From Octopus sinensis (Eukaryota), in the NCBI RefSeq assembly GCF_006345805.1, contig NC_043006.1, positions 35,154,001-35,218,000 of the forward strand: a DNA stretch of 64,000 nucleotides. The letters are read 5' to 3'. Under the pieces are notes generated by a model. The model saw nothing but the letters and a program-made list of their open reading frames with translations, was not told the DNA's origin and searched no databases. Shown here piece after piece: positions 26,442-39,999 of this stretch. Position 1 is the first letter of the stretch, and each line of letters opens with the position of its first letter. The translations under genes and the position numbers were made by a program.

Positions 26442-27244
26442 TACAAATAGTTAAAATATTTATCTTTCTGTTTACATATCTAGGGAGACAATTTTTGTTT
26501 TCGTTCTTTTAGGGATTAAGTTGAGAGGAAAATGTCTCTAAAGAAAATGAGAATTTTTCCTTGTCGTATATTTACTTTTGTAGTTAAATGCGACAAAACA
26601 GTTCTGTCTTGATAGCAATATATTATCCGCTGTTTTAGAGTCGGATTAGTAAGCGTGATTTAACGATCGTGTTTTACGAGTGTAGTATTTGTTCAAGTCA
26701 TTTACCGCGCTTCAACGTTGATTAAATCTTTTCAGCAGAGATATGTTAATATATTTTCTCTTACTGAATGTTTTATGAACCGTTTTAATGGCGGCAGATA
26801 AATTGCAAATAGACACTAAGGTATATAAAAGAAGAACGATGTTTTTAGTATTACAGATATGGATTTATTCATGCAGGTTCAGGTTCTTTATTTCATAATG
26901 TTAAATATTCCTAAAAAAATAAGAAAAAAGGTGGAAATACAATGCAAAAAAAATCGAATATGAAAAAGGAACAGAATGTGAAACGCTAAGGTGGATTTTA
27001 TGAAAGAAAAAGTCTTTCTTTTGTGGCTTTGTTAATTTAACCTATGTGATCGTATTAACTGTGCCAATTAATAGCTAAAAATTGGTATATATTTTTATTT
27101 ATTTTTTTCAGTTTGTTATCACGTGAGTTGCTTTATTGTATAGCCCTAGGGCAAATTTGATTAAGTATAGGAATCAAACTTAGCTATAATTAAATTTTAG
27201 GACGTGTTTCATATCGGATTATTACATAAATCAACATAGACTGT

Positions 27245-27633
27245 TCAGATGTTTGTATGTATGTATGTATGTATGTATGTATGTATGTATGTATGTATGT
27301 ATGTATGTATGTATGTATGTATGTATGCATGTGTGTATGGATGGATGACTGGATGCATGGATGCATGCATGTATGTATGTATGTACGAATGTATGTGTGT
27401 ATGTATGTATGTGTATGTATGCATGCATGTATGTACGTATGCATGTATGCATGTATGTATGTATGTATGTATGTATGTATGTATGTATGTAGGTATGTAT
27501 GTATGTGTATATGTATGTATGCATGTATGTATGCATGTATGTATATATATATGTATGCATGTATGTATGTATCTATGTATGCATGTATATGTGTGTGTAT
27601 GTATGCATGTATGTATGTATGTATGTATGTATG
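27245..27633. repeat. (ATGT)n microsatellite
   Basis: Directly visible. Confidence 0.95.
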
Positions 27634-27634
27634 T

Positions 27635-27905
27635 GACTGTCTGGTTAAGAAGTTTTGTTTCGCGAAGTCTTGGATTCATGTTCAGTCCCAATGCATGACA
27701 CTTTCGGTAAGCGTCTTCCATTATAGCTCCGAAACCATTTCATCATTCGCTGCGTTCTGAATTCAAATTCCACCGAGGTCGACTTTGTCCCTCATCCTTT
27801 TGTGGTCGCTGAAATAAGTACCAGTTAGGAACTGGGGTCGACGTAATCGACAAGTCTCCTTCCCCCTCCTAAATTTACAAGGCCTTGTAGCTAGAGTAGA
27901 AATAA
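27635..27905 (+). mobile_element. SINE family B head joined to SINE family A body
   Basis: gactgtctggttaag...gttcagtccc (family B head), then ctgaattcaaattccaccgaggtcgactttg...actggggtcgacgtaatcgac (family A). Confidence 0.65.
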
Positions 27906-28309
27906 TTATACCTCCGAAACGACAATGATCTATGTGTGAATTCGCTAGAGGGGAAACTGTCTTCCATACTTTATCGATCGGTTGAATGACAGATAATATA
28001 AATGCTGTGTATATATAATTGATTATGTTTGCGATATCGCTCGTTAGCTAAGAGATAACATGTTAGATTCATTCACCTTTTCGCTTCTTTCTCTCACCGT
28101 ACAGTTAAAGGAAATTGTAATTCGATTGTTACTTGAAACTAAAAATTATTGTTAGTTATATTCGTTCCTTTCATTCCAAAGTTATATAAATCAGCATAGA
28201 AACATTTATGACATAATGTTTTATGATGTTATAAAATAATTTTTTGTGGCTCCTTTCTTCCTTAACAACTTTTGTTTTATCGCTTTTGAAATTTCAATAA
28301 ATCTTATAT

Positions 28310-28660
28310 ATTTTCAGACATACGATGATGGTGTACAGAGGTGGGTAAAAATGAGCTTCTTCGACACCTGATTCTCTTTGCACCCATTTATGGTTCCAAA
28401 GCTGCCAAAGCCGATCGACACATTTATGCTTTGCACACAGAAGGCATCATTACTAAAAACAACTGCCGCCGAAATAGCTTTTCACGCTTCGAGGAAGTGA
28501 AATTCTACCGCACAGACGCTCCGTGTTTCGGCTGACTTGCTCAGTTCAAGGAAGAAGGATTGATAGAGGTCATCCCCGAGGAGCCACGTCAATGTACTCG
28601 GAAGTTAGCCCAGCAGATTGGATACTCCCTTGATACCGTCGCTCATCACCTTAATCGAAA
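28310..28660 (+). pseudogene. decayed mariner transposase N-terminal fragment
   Basis: ELLRHLILF...GSKAAKA...DAPCFG*...EEPRQCTRKLAQQIG follows the mariner HTH / RSGRP / ..RQ.TRELA pattern. Confidence 0.7.
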
Positions 28661-29379
28661 TGATTGAGATAAATGATAATAAACGAACTCATCTGACGAC
28701 TTAATATATATTTACTATTCTCTAGCTATAAAAACCGTTTTCATATTTGTTGTTCGCCATATCTTATCTTTGTACATCTATTTTATGTGTAGATATTTAC
28801 TAAGCGAACAGGATATTTACTTGATATCCACTTCACAGCATTGCTTTCAAAGTCGTTCGTGCTCTAACCACGGTCACACATTTTGATTATCAAGTGTATT
28901 AATGATGACAAAGGCTCCTTTGAAATTATTGTTATTGGTTCAGCCATTGTTCCGTCAGAGAGGGAATCGTGCTTAAACAATTTCATATTCAATTAACAAC
29001 AACAACACCAACAACAACAACAAAAACAACAACAACAACAACAACAGTGCGATACTATATTAGTATTTCAAAGAATGTAATATAAGGGTTTTCAGTGCAA
29101 TATGAAATTTTATATTTATATTTATTGTAGGGAATCAATATAAATATATGCATAAATGCGTACACACACATACACACATACACACACACAAACACACAAA
29201 CACACACATACTCGGAAATAAATAAATTGAAAAAACACAGATTTGTTTTACAAGACTAATAATATATATTAGAATCATAATAGCAAAACAATTATACAAT
29301 ATCGTACAGAATAGGTTTTTTTCTTTTTTCAACATAACCGTTTTGCTATCGCTTTTCAAATTTTGAGTTTTGGATGCAA

Positions 29380-29990
29380 TTCTGAAGTAAAGGTTTTGTT
29401 TGCTAGAGGGATAATTGGTTACCAAAGTATTTTTCAGTAATGGGATGGTAAATCTGTAATTTTTGATAATGGTTTACATTGGTTCTGGCTTATATCCTTT
29501 AATAGATGGGGTAAATCTTTAATTTTTTAATATGGTTTTATATTTAATTTTGGTTTGTACTGCACATCTGTCAATGTGTTTACTGACATATATCTGGCGA
29601 TATTGTGGGGGAAGATATCTGTTGAGCATCTGATTACCTAAAGTTTTGAAAAGCGCAAGTGAAGTTGAATTTAATTTTGAATTTTTACCTTTGTCCAAAA
29701 TGGAATTATGATCCTTCTAATAGATTGGGACATGTTCCGCAGTCTGGACGACCACATTTTTTTATTCTTACGTGTGATATTCTTGAGAATACATTAGCAT
29801 TTGTGTGAATCTTCTTTAATTTCTCTGATTGTTTACTGCTTTTAATGATTTTATGGATACTTAGAATTTCCTTCAGTTTGGGGCCCTTATGAAATTTTGG
29901 AAGATTTTGGACAATGATGTTAAAACGCTTCTTTGTTTCTGGGGTTGTATGTGCAAACATAACGTAGTGTCTTCAGAGTAGGACGTGTTA
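29380..29990 (-). mobile_element. decayed Penelope-like element fragment (linker and Cys motif before GIY-YIG)
   Basis: ORF 29706-29960 ...KIIKSSKQSEKLKKI...KKCGRPDCGTCPNLLEG matches the PLE KC.RP.CGTC motif. Confidence 0.75.
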
Positions 29991-30074
29991 AATGTCGTAA
30001 TCAGTGGCTTGGTAAAAGTAAAAAAGCGCCAAATATAACAGAGAAGGCAACTTCAAGAGAAAAAGTTTCTTCTC

Positions 30075-30579
30075 TCTATCTGGTTGAATTGTTACCACCT
30101 GATACAACAATCAATGCTCAAGTCTACTGTCAGCAATTAGAGCGTTTGAATGTAGCTTTGAAGAAAAAAGACCCGCTTTAGTGAATCGAAAAGGAGTGAT
30201 ATTTCATCAGGACAATGCGTGACCCCACACTGCAAAAATCATATCACAGAAGATCGAAGAGCTGGGTTGGGAAAAAAATTCCTTATCCACCTTATTCTCT
30301 CGACTTTGCTCCTTCAGACTATCATTTCTTTCGTAGTTTACAGAATCATTTGGGGGACATAACTTTCGCAAGCCAGGAGGTGGTCGAAACTGACATTTCA
30401 GAGTTCTTCGCTTTGAAACCAAAAGAGTTTTACATTGATGGGATTAAAAAGCTTGTAAATAGATGGAAGGAAGACATAGATAATCAGGGAAAATACATTG
30501 ATGATTACATTTCAATTAAATACATTTGATCACTTGTTTTCTTTATTCAAAATTCGGACAAAACTTATGGGATGACATG

Positions 30580-30580
<1 letters not shown>
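30075..30580 (+). mobile_element. 3' half of a mariner, same family as 15084-16347
   Basis: FHQDNA*PHT...PPYSLDFAPSDY...LGDITFASQEVVETDISEFFALKPKEFYIDGIKKLVNRWK; the last segment is identical to the other copy. TIR ...ttatgggatgacatga followed by TA. Confidence 0.9.
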
Positions 30581-30611
<31 letters not shown>

Positions 30612-30654
30612 ATGTGTGTCCGTGCGTGCGTGTGTATGTGGGTGTGTGTGTGTG

Positions 30655-30930
30655 GAGGCAGCGGACTCGCTGTCGGAGGATCGCGGTTTCGATTCCCAGA
30701 CCGGGCATTATGTGTTTATTGAGCGAAAACAACTAATGCTCCACGAGTCTCCGGCAGGGGGTGGTGGCGACCCCTGTTGTACTCTTTTGACCCAACTTTC
30801 TCTCACTCTTTCTTCCTGATTCTTGAGTTACGCTGCGATGGACTGGTGTCTCGTCCAGCCGGGGGGACACATACGCCACAGAAACCGGGAAACCGGGCCA
30901 TAAGCCTGGCTAGATTTGAAAAGGACGCAT
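30655..30930 (+). mobile_element. tRNA-derived SINE (family D-like head, different tail)
   Basis: ggatcgcggtttcgattcccagaccggg...gtgtttattgagcgaaaac...gcgatggactggtgtctcgtccagc...acagaaaccgggaaaccgggcc. Confidence 0.7.
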
Positions 30931-31017
<87 letters not shown>

Positions 31018-33066
31018 TTATACATATTATATATTATATATATTTTATTTATATATGAATATATAATATATATGTATATGTATGTATATATATATATATA
31101 GAGAGAGAGAGAGAAAGATAGACGGAGAGCGAGAGAGAAATACTGATAGAGAGATAGATAGATACATAATTGAGCTGACTAAGGAATAAATAATTATATT
31201 TCGAACTTTATTAGCATAGAGCTCTTTCTTCTTATATTTAGCGACCTAGTATCACCTTATAGTTTCATCAGGCAATTAGTACTGGACTTGACGTGATCGA
31301 TTAGACTCTGTCTCAAATTTGTAGTGTTTAGGAAGAATTATTATCTAAAGTTGTTGCTTTTTTTTTCAAAATTCAGAATGGAATCCGAGTAAATATTTGA
31401 CTATGTAGATAAAGGGATTGATTACTAAGAGCTGAGTTATTTATATTTATTAAGAAAATGAGCGGGGCCCATTAAGTCATGAATCTAAAAAAACGAAAAG
31501 ATTCACACCAATGCCTGAAATTAATTCGTTCGGTTCACCGGATTATTATAATCACTGAAATGTATGTATATATGTAGTCGAGGGGGTTGCCAGCTGCGTC
31601 GAGTGGATACAGTAACTTACTATGTTTTATTGGTTATTTAGCCGAGGGATTATCATTAATAATACATTAGTAATTTATAGATGTACCTTATACCTTTTGA
31701 ACGCAATTTTGAGGAGTGGATTTAAAGCATTGCCTTAATCTGAAGTAAGATTTATGTTCTGTGTTATGTCTTCCGGAAGAACACTTGGCAGAACGCACAT
31801 ACACTCAGGCATGTAGACATATATATGCATGTCTGTACGTATATGTGTGACTGCGAATGGTGAAGATAAGTTTTATTTTAATCCAATATATTTGTTGAGA
31901 TACAGAAACATTAACGCTAGCTGAACCTGGCATTTTATGACATTTCCTAGCAAGATTGCAGGTATAAATTGCTAATACTGTTTAACTGCTCATTGAAAAC
32001 ACCGAAGATCAAAAGCATTTTAGTTGTAACGAATAACTGGCTTGTTCAAATTATTTCTAATTATTTCTAAGACTGGTGCCTCGCAACAAATTTCAGAAGA
32101 AGGTAACTTTTCAAATATAGAGATTTCCTAACCACGTTTTCTGATTTTGTTTTTAAAATTCACATTTTCTCATTCCGTCACTTTTCCTTACGAAGGTCTA
32201 GTGTCCAAAATATCAATTGTTCGTGTGATGAACAAATTTGACAAACGCTACCCTCTCGCATTGGCTATTGTTTGAGTTCATAGCTGAATATATATTTATT
32301 TTTTATTTTTCAAAGTCGGTCTCCTCTCATCTTTAACTTCAAAGGTGTGTGCTTTGATTTCTTCTTCCAGGTGATCGAACCATCAGGAAGAAATAGCCAA
32401 CTTTCTGGATGTCGAAGTATTACTGTAGAATCTGAAAGAATAATATATATTAGCGACATGACGTTACATACGTTTGTATCCCATTATCAGCGTTTTTGAT
32501 CAATAACATTAGACGCTCCTTTTCTACGTGTCTACCAGCTTGTCTTGTCGTCTGTGTGTTTATCTGTAGTTTTTCTCTCTCTCTCGCTGTCTATCTCACT
32601 CTGCATCTCTCCGTTGAATCATACTGATGCACAACAGCGGTGAAACGTCCATAGGTGCTTCCTAATACTGAGAAGTTCTAAAAGAGTTTGTAATACACTT
32701 GAAGCAGAGGGAACCACAAAGCATCAACAGTTATGGGCTTAACGCACTTTGACAACCAGATAATTCTGGTTTCCTCTCACTCCAGGCGAATAAATAGTTC
32801 ACTTTTACAACCTAGTAATACCAAATCATATTAATATCTCGTGACACCGTCAATTATTTCGTTATGCACAATTCACGACTACATATACGCACGCACACAC
32901 ACACACACACACACACGCACACATACACACACACATACATACATACAACACAACACGCATATATATTCCAGTCACTTTCGATTTCTGATGCCGGGTCAAA
33001 TGAACATGCCTCATAGGAATATATACCGTACATATACAGACAGCATATACTTATACATGTTCATTA

Positions 33067-33097
<31 letters not shown>

Positions 33098-33192
33098 ATA
33101 TATATATATTATGTGTGTGTGTGTGTGTGTGTGTGTGTATCTATATATATATATATTTCTGTATAAATACAGGTATATGTATATGCATATAT

Positions 33193-33227
<35 letters not shown>

Positions 33228-33252
33228 ATGATATATATTATAGATTTATATA

Positions 33253-33322
<70 letters not shown>

Positions 33323-33548
33323 CTACATATATATGTATATATATATATATATATATGCATATGCGTGTGCGTTCGTTTTATGATAAAATTGTGCTCATGC
33401 GATGAAGGCAGTATTATAATTTAATCAAATATTCATATAAGAATATAGTCCGAAGATGCATTAGGAATTATAGTCAATACTATTAAAATAATTCTTATCC
33501 CATATATATATATATAAATATATATATAATATATGTTATATATATGTA

Positions 33549-33600
<52 letters not shown>

Positions 33601-33605
33601 TACAC

Positions 33606-33642
<37 letters not shown>

Positions 33643-33646
<4 letters not shown>

Positions 33647-34030
33647 TAAAAACGGTAAGATAACAAAAGAAAGAAAGAGACCTCCATATTATGTAAATAG
33701 AAGAAATTTATCTATAAAATTACAATTAAAAGTTACAATTAAAAATTACAATTAAAAGTTACAATTATTCAATAGAATAGTCAAGATAAAACTCTGAGTT
33801 TCAGATGCCGAAGTGGAAATCCACAACACCATCTCTTCGGTTATCTGGCCATCTGAAAAACGCTATGAAAAAATACCCTTATATAAAGGGAAATTACTGT
33901 GTCATAATTCTGCTACTTAAATAAAATAAGATTAAAAGTTCATAGTAAACACGTAAACATGGCTAGTCATACGCTCACATGTCCGCTCGCTGACCCACGT
34001 GCGTACTTATACGTCACTATGAAAACGTAC
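33643..34030 (-). mobile_element. probable PLE-derived terminal repeat with hammerhead motif
   Basis: Carries the hammerhead fold at 33784-33846 and four 12-13 bp aaaa(g)ttacaatt repeats; the PLE assignment is inference. Confidence 0.5.
33784..33846 (-). ncRNA. type I hammerhead motif, U4C variant
   Basis: Minus strand: agataa-ccgaaga-gatg...catc-t-gaaa-ctcagag-tt-ttatct. Helix I is 6 bp perfect; helix III is near-palindromic. Confidence 0.6.
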
Positions 34031-34232
34031 ACATCTTCACTCGCATTTTTCGCCAAATATATACGCATATATATACAAACTCATACACAGACACACGCGT
34101 ACCGTAAAAGTTCATACATATGTCTATATACGCACTAGATTGCCGACTGCTAGATTACCGAGGTGTAAACACACCATCAATAGTTGACAAGTAGTGATGA
34201 ATTACAATCACAGACTCAATGACAGAGATATA

Positions 34233-34560
34233 CACTGGGTGCATAAATATTTGAGGACAGATTTATGTTTTTAAAAAACAGACATGTAATTACAGATAAT
34301 AAGTTTCTTTATCAAAAATGCTATGAGGATAATGTTATTCAATAAATCCACTTTCGGCTTCAATAACTGCTTCTATATGAGATCTAAAACATCTACATGC
34401 TCGAATCAAGTGGGTGGTCCTGGTTCATTTTGGACATTACTCTGAATATGGTAGCTTTTAAAGAATCTTTGTTGTTATGGGCATGTTCATTGACCTCTCT
34501 CTCTCAACAATACTCCACATGTAATAGTCCAATGGATTGAGATCTGGGGGATTAAGTGGC
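34233..34560 (-). mobile_element. Tc1/mariner (probable DD37D maT-type) 3' relic
   Basis: PPDLNPLDYYMWSIVERE...KATIFRVMSKMNQDH, and a terminus ta-cactgggtgcataaatatttgag. Confidence 0.75.
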
Positions 34561-34780
34561 TCAATGTTAGCGGTTATGTGGTGGGGGGGACAAAGAAACA
34601 CAAGGATGCACGAACATACACACCGCACACACTCACGCATTTACATAAACACATGCACACACATATATGACGGGTTACCTTAACTGTAAATTGTTTAATA
34701 GAAATAATGTAAAAGTCAGATACACATGCACAGAGAAAGATTGACAACTGAACAAAAAATAAGGTTCCATGAGCTTAGGT

Positions 34781-35223
34781 CAGGGATCGCCAAACTTTTT
34801 CGACCATCGACCCCGTTTAGCCACTTCTCCTTCCGCATCGACTCCCCTTAGCAACTTCTCCTTCCGCATGTTAGTTAAAATATACCTGTATGACAAATTA
34901 AGAAACTCTATTAAAGATGACATACTTTTTACATTTAAAACTACGTGTACGAGTATACAGTTTTAAACTTTCAATTTTTATGAAATTGTTTTCACTGTTA
35001 GAAAATGTGAAAATGCATCGTATTGCTGGAATATCTCTTATTGAAACTGACAACATCAATGTGAGGATATGAGCATGGCGTTGACTAAGTACTTCTAGCA
35101 GTTCATTTGGGCGAGCTGGCCTTTCTCACGCCGAATTCTATTCGACCCCTTAGATATTGTCGACCCCCTGTAATTCGTCACCGACCCCTATGTGGTCCAT
35201 ACGACCCCCTCTAGCGACTCCTG
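34781..35223 (+). mobile_element. hAT-type MITE with 8-bp TSD
   Basis: Ends cagggatcgccaaac / ctagcgactcctg; flanks gcttaggt (34773-34780) and gcttcggt (35224-35231), 7/8 match; repeated subterminal cgacccc motifs. Confidence 0.8.
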
Positions 35224-35935
35224 GCTTCGGTGAATAATACCTCTTAAACTGATTTGGGATGTACGAAAAAATCTTAATAATGTCAATATGATATATTTAG
35301 TGAAAGCCATCATTTATAAAATCAAACTCAATTGAACGATAAGTAAAACAGTTATTTAAACAATTATATATTGGTATAAATGAAGGAAGGTCTAAGAGAA
35401 GATACCTGAACATACGAATCTACCTTGGTGAATATAGCGAACATGAGCAAAACTTACCTCTGCAGTTATTCATTAGGAGACACGATAAATCAACTTTATT
35501 ATTAAAAGACGATGAGTTATCACAGCATGCCATAATGTGAAAAAAATCATGCATTGTTTATTGGGTACTTTTGAAAGATATTACTGTAAATGAAACACAT
35601 AATTTTAATTCTAACCTGGAAATTATGTAATGGCGTCACGACAACAAGATTTCATGGTTAAATTTTAATGAAGTCATTGCATTCAGTTTATAAACATCCA
35701 AATTAATGGATATTCTAAGAGCAGTTGGAGGTTTAAGATCTACCCATAGATTGTAATATCTTATTCGTAAGCAGCAGCTTGTTTGTGGATATTCCTCAAT
35801 AAATATGTGGTCAGATGATTGCCCTCCGGCAAGAAATTTGAAGCAATGGAAACATAGGCACATACACGCACATACACAAATACAAATATATAAATATATA
35901 TTCATAAATACTCATACATGCATACTTATACATAT

Positions 35936-35999
<64 letters not shown>

Positions 36000-36116
36000 G
36001 AATATATGTATATATGGTATGTAAGAGTATATGTAGATATATGTAAGTACATATGTATATATATACTTATGTAATACACATATATATGTATATATATATG
36101 CATATATATATACATA

Positions 36117-36208
<92 letters not shown>

Positions 36209-36419
36209 CATATATTTATATATACATGTATGTATATCATAAATACATAGATATATGTATGTATCTATGCTTGTAACTATGTCTCTTCTGTTTTTAATCC
36301 TTTAAATTATTCCTCCGAAGAAGGAGCTGGTTTCTAGCAAACATACAAAGCTCCATCTTTGGAACGTAGATAACGAAAACAATGTCACATTTGAAACGTG
36401 AGATAAGTCTTGCACAGTT

Positions 36420-36812
36420 TCACCACATGTTGCCGAATTGAGTCCCACTGCGTGGCACATTTGGCAGGTAATCCCTACTACATCATTGGGTCGGTCAAAG
36501 CCTTGTGAGTGGATCTAGTGGCGGAAACTGAAGGAAACTCGTCATATATGTGTGTGCATGTGCTTATGTAAACGCGTGAGTGTGTGCGGTGTGTATGTTC
36601 GTGCATCCTTGTGTTACTTTGTCCCCCCCACCACTTGACAACCGGTGTTTGTGAGTTTCCGTCCCCGTAACTTAGTTTTTCGCAAAAGTGACTGATAGAA
36701 TAAGTACGAGGATTAAACGCGAATAAGATTTCACGTCGATTCATCCAATTTAAAATACTACAAGGCAGTGACACAGCATGGCCGCAGTCTAATGATTGAA
36801 ACATGTAAATGA
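36420..36812 (+). mobile_element. SINE family B, near full length (tRNA-like head, TG microsatellite, tail)
   Basis: gagtcccactgcgtggcac...gccttgtgagtggat...ggaaactgaag, then a (TG)-rich tract, then cttgacaaccggtg...cagcatggccgcagtctaatgattgaaac. Confidence 0.85.
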
Positions 36813-37532
36813 TCCACGTACGTGCTTATATTTGTCCCCATTTTAATTGCTTTTTTTAAAAGTCTACCCAACCATTAGCGGCAGATATTTCGAAATATCT
36901 CATTTTCTATAGAATCTAATCAGAAGGAATTATTGTTCCTGTTTCCCAGTAGGTTACGTGGCTGGTAACGGCGTCTTTATTGAACGAATGACCTTCTAAC
37001 GGCATGAGATGAGATCGGTTGCTTAAATAAATTCTGATGAATTTTTTTTTGTATAAACAAACATTATTTCCAAACTACTTTGCAACAGATTTTATTAAAA
37101 AGATTTTACTTCTAAAATTTCTGATTAAGATTTGCAAAATGCCAGGGAGAAAAAATGCGCATAGCATTTTTTTCTTTTTACTCTTCTCATAAGTATTATG
37201 TTGTATATTTTTTTAAATGCAAAACACACCTGATGATTAAAATATTTGATGAAACAGCGTTGTGAAAAAACGTTCAAAACATAATCAATGAATTCTGTAT
37301 TTTCATCTTAAGAAAAGTTGCAATAAAAAATTATTTTTAAAAAGAGCTTTTTCGTTTTTAATTTTCGCATTTTGATTAACATCTCACGTATAATTTATAG
37401 ATTTGAAGATGAGACAAAAATGCGTTCACATTTTGACGTAGACATGTAGTTCAGAAGAGAAATCTGCGAATTTGTTGTGGTGCCTCGTCGCTGATAAGGG
37501 ATTCAGAACAACGTTGTCATTTACATGACGTA

Positions 37533-37596
<64 letters not shown>

Positions 37597-37606
<10 letters not shown>

Positions 37607-37920
37607 GAAATGAAGAAAATGCTGACAAAATAATTTAAGTAAGGGAGAGTGTATTTAATTAGGTGAAAGTTCTTTACCGGTTGCGCATTTGTTATGCGTA
37701 TCAAAAGATATATTTTTAAGAGAGATAGAGTTCCTTTCTGATAGATTTTTTTCTCTTATCGCTTTCTCTTATCGATAAGAGAAAAAAATCCATCAGAAAG
37801 GAACTCTATCTCTCTTAAAAATATCTTTTGATAAGCATAACAATTGCGCACCTAATTAAATACACTCTCCCTTACTTAAATTATTTTGTCAGCATTTTCT
37901 TCATTTCCTTTTTTATATAT
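37597..37920. repeat. about 324-bp imperfect spacer-less palindrome (fold-back element)
   Basis: Centre ctcttatcgataagag at 37773/37774; arms are complementary out to the flanking (TA)n with a few substitutions and indels. Confidence 0.9.
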
Positions 37921-37941
37921 CACAACTCCTGTTCCACATCT

Positions 37942-38036
<95 letters not shown>

Positions 38037-38067
38037 GTGTGTGTGTATATATGTATGTATGTATATA

Positions 38068-38118
<51 letters not shown>

Positions 38119-38329
38119 TATATTCTTAAAATAATATAGGGTATCAAAATTTTAGAATTTCTTCTACTAGTGGCCAAGTATGTAGTATAAAAAGTCAATA
38201 GACAATATATTTTACATATGCAATTAATGTACATTTAAACCCAAAAAGAGGTGACCCTTAACAGGCCACCTTACATGATAGAAGGAGCAGTTAAAACGAT
38301 CAAAACCACATTTAAGATTAATTTCGAGT

Positions 38330-38475
38330 TCAAGTTCTGAGTTCAAATTCCGACGAGGTCGACTCTCCCTTTCATACTTGGGGTCTATAAAATAAAAATG
38401 TTTTGAATAGCTGGGTCGATGCAATCGCCTTATTCTCTTCCCCGGAATTGCTGGCCTTGTGCCAAAATCTGAAAC

Positions 38476-38478
<3 letters not shown>
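38330..38478 (+). mobile_element. SINE family A with (ATT)n tail
   Basis: gttctgagttcaaattccgacgaggtcgac...ggccttgtgccaaaatctgaaacc, then attattatt. Confidence 0.75.
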
Positions 38479-38518
<40 letters not shown>

Positions 38519-38543
38519 GTTGTTGTTGTTGTTGTTGTTGCTA

Positions 38544-38586
<43 letters not shown>

Positions 38587-38985
38587 TACAATAATGCTAT
38601 TATTATGACTATGAAAATCGAAGTATGCTAAAACTGTCTTTCCTTTGATAATTTGATACGTCTTATTTTGGAAAAAGCATTTGATCGTCGCAAACAGGAG
38701 GGAAGGAGAAGTCTGCAGAAAATCTGCAATGTAAATAACAGATTCGATTGCAAATTTCCATAAAAGAAAAGAAACAGGCAAAAAAAAAATATATAAAGAA
38801 AGATGATGAAACATCAAATGCATCTAAAATTAACAGTTTACAAAACATAGTGATTTTAGCGCCGAAACAAGAAAACAATAATGGCTGCCATTAGAAATTT
38901 GCTTCTCTTAGAAGAAAGGATGGATAGAGATAAAGATAGAGATAGAAAGGGAACACATATGACAGTGAGGAAGACGGATAAAATA

Positions 38986-39020
<35 letters not shown>

Positions 39021-39197
39021 TCAGAGAATGACAGGAGAGCAAAAGAGAGAGTTGCATATATTCATTAATGCACATACGTATGCATACATTGATACATAGA
39101 TACATAGGCAGACAGATAGATAAGTATATGGACATGCATATACCTACAGACGTTATATATACAAACACACACACACGCATATATATATATATATACA

Positions 39198-39228
<31 letters not shown>

Positions 39229-39777
39229 CGCACATTCATACATACACACGCGCGCGCACTCACACATACTCACACACACGCACACATAGATACACACATA
39301 CATATGTAGTTCATACACAGACATAATCTTGGTGATTGTCTCGTAGGCCGCTACCATTGTTTAAAGTGGTGGAACATTTAATTTGCCTATTATTTGTGCT
39401 GCAGCGCATTCGCAATGATATTGCTAATAATGATTAAGATTAAACGAAAATAGAAAAAGAACTAGAGGAGAAGAAAACGAAGAAGTGTTAGAAGAAAACG
39501 AAGAAAGATAAAAAAAAGAATCGCAACAACGAATTCGATCCTTCCACCTTTTCTGCCGTATAAAACAATAGCCCCCCCCCCAACATTAAGTACAGGATAC
39601 AGGAGTAACGTTAGCGACTTATTCCTTATGGCTGCTACCAGATGCATCGTTGCTTAAAATTGTTATCACATTCTATGAACAAACATAATAATTACTGATT
39701 GTTATAAGCACACACACATACACACAAACATTCACACACACGCACACACTTGCGTGTTTATCATTTTGTTTTTATAT

Positions 39778-39954
39778 TTTTCTTGTTTCAATAACTAGAC
39801 TGTGGCCATGCAGTTTCGTGGGAACAAATCGACTAAATTTTCATTTTAAGCTCGGAAATTTATTTGAGGGACTGCCAATTTGAGGTAACCACACCAGCAT
39901 CGGTTGTCAATCTTTGGGGCAAGACACAGAGACACACAGAGACACAGACACACA

Positions 39955-39999
<45 letters not shown>

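Noticed and set aside
32630-32655. gaaacgtc hammerhead-like motif
   Set aside because: The core is CUGAUGC and helix I does not pair.
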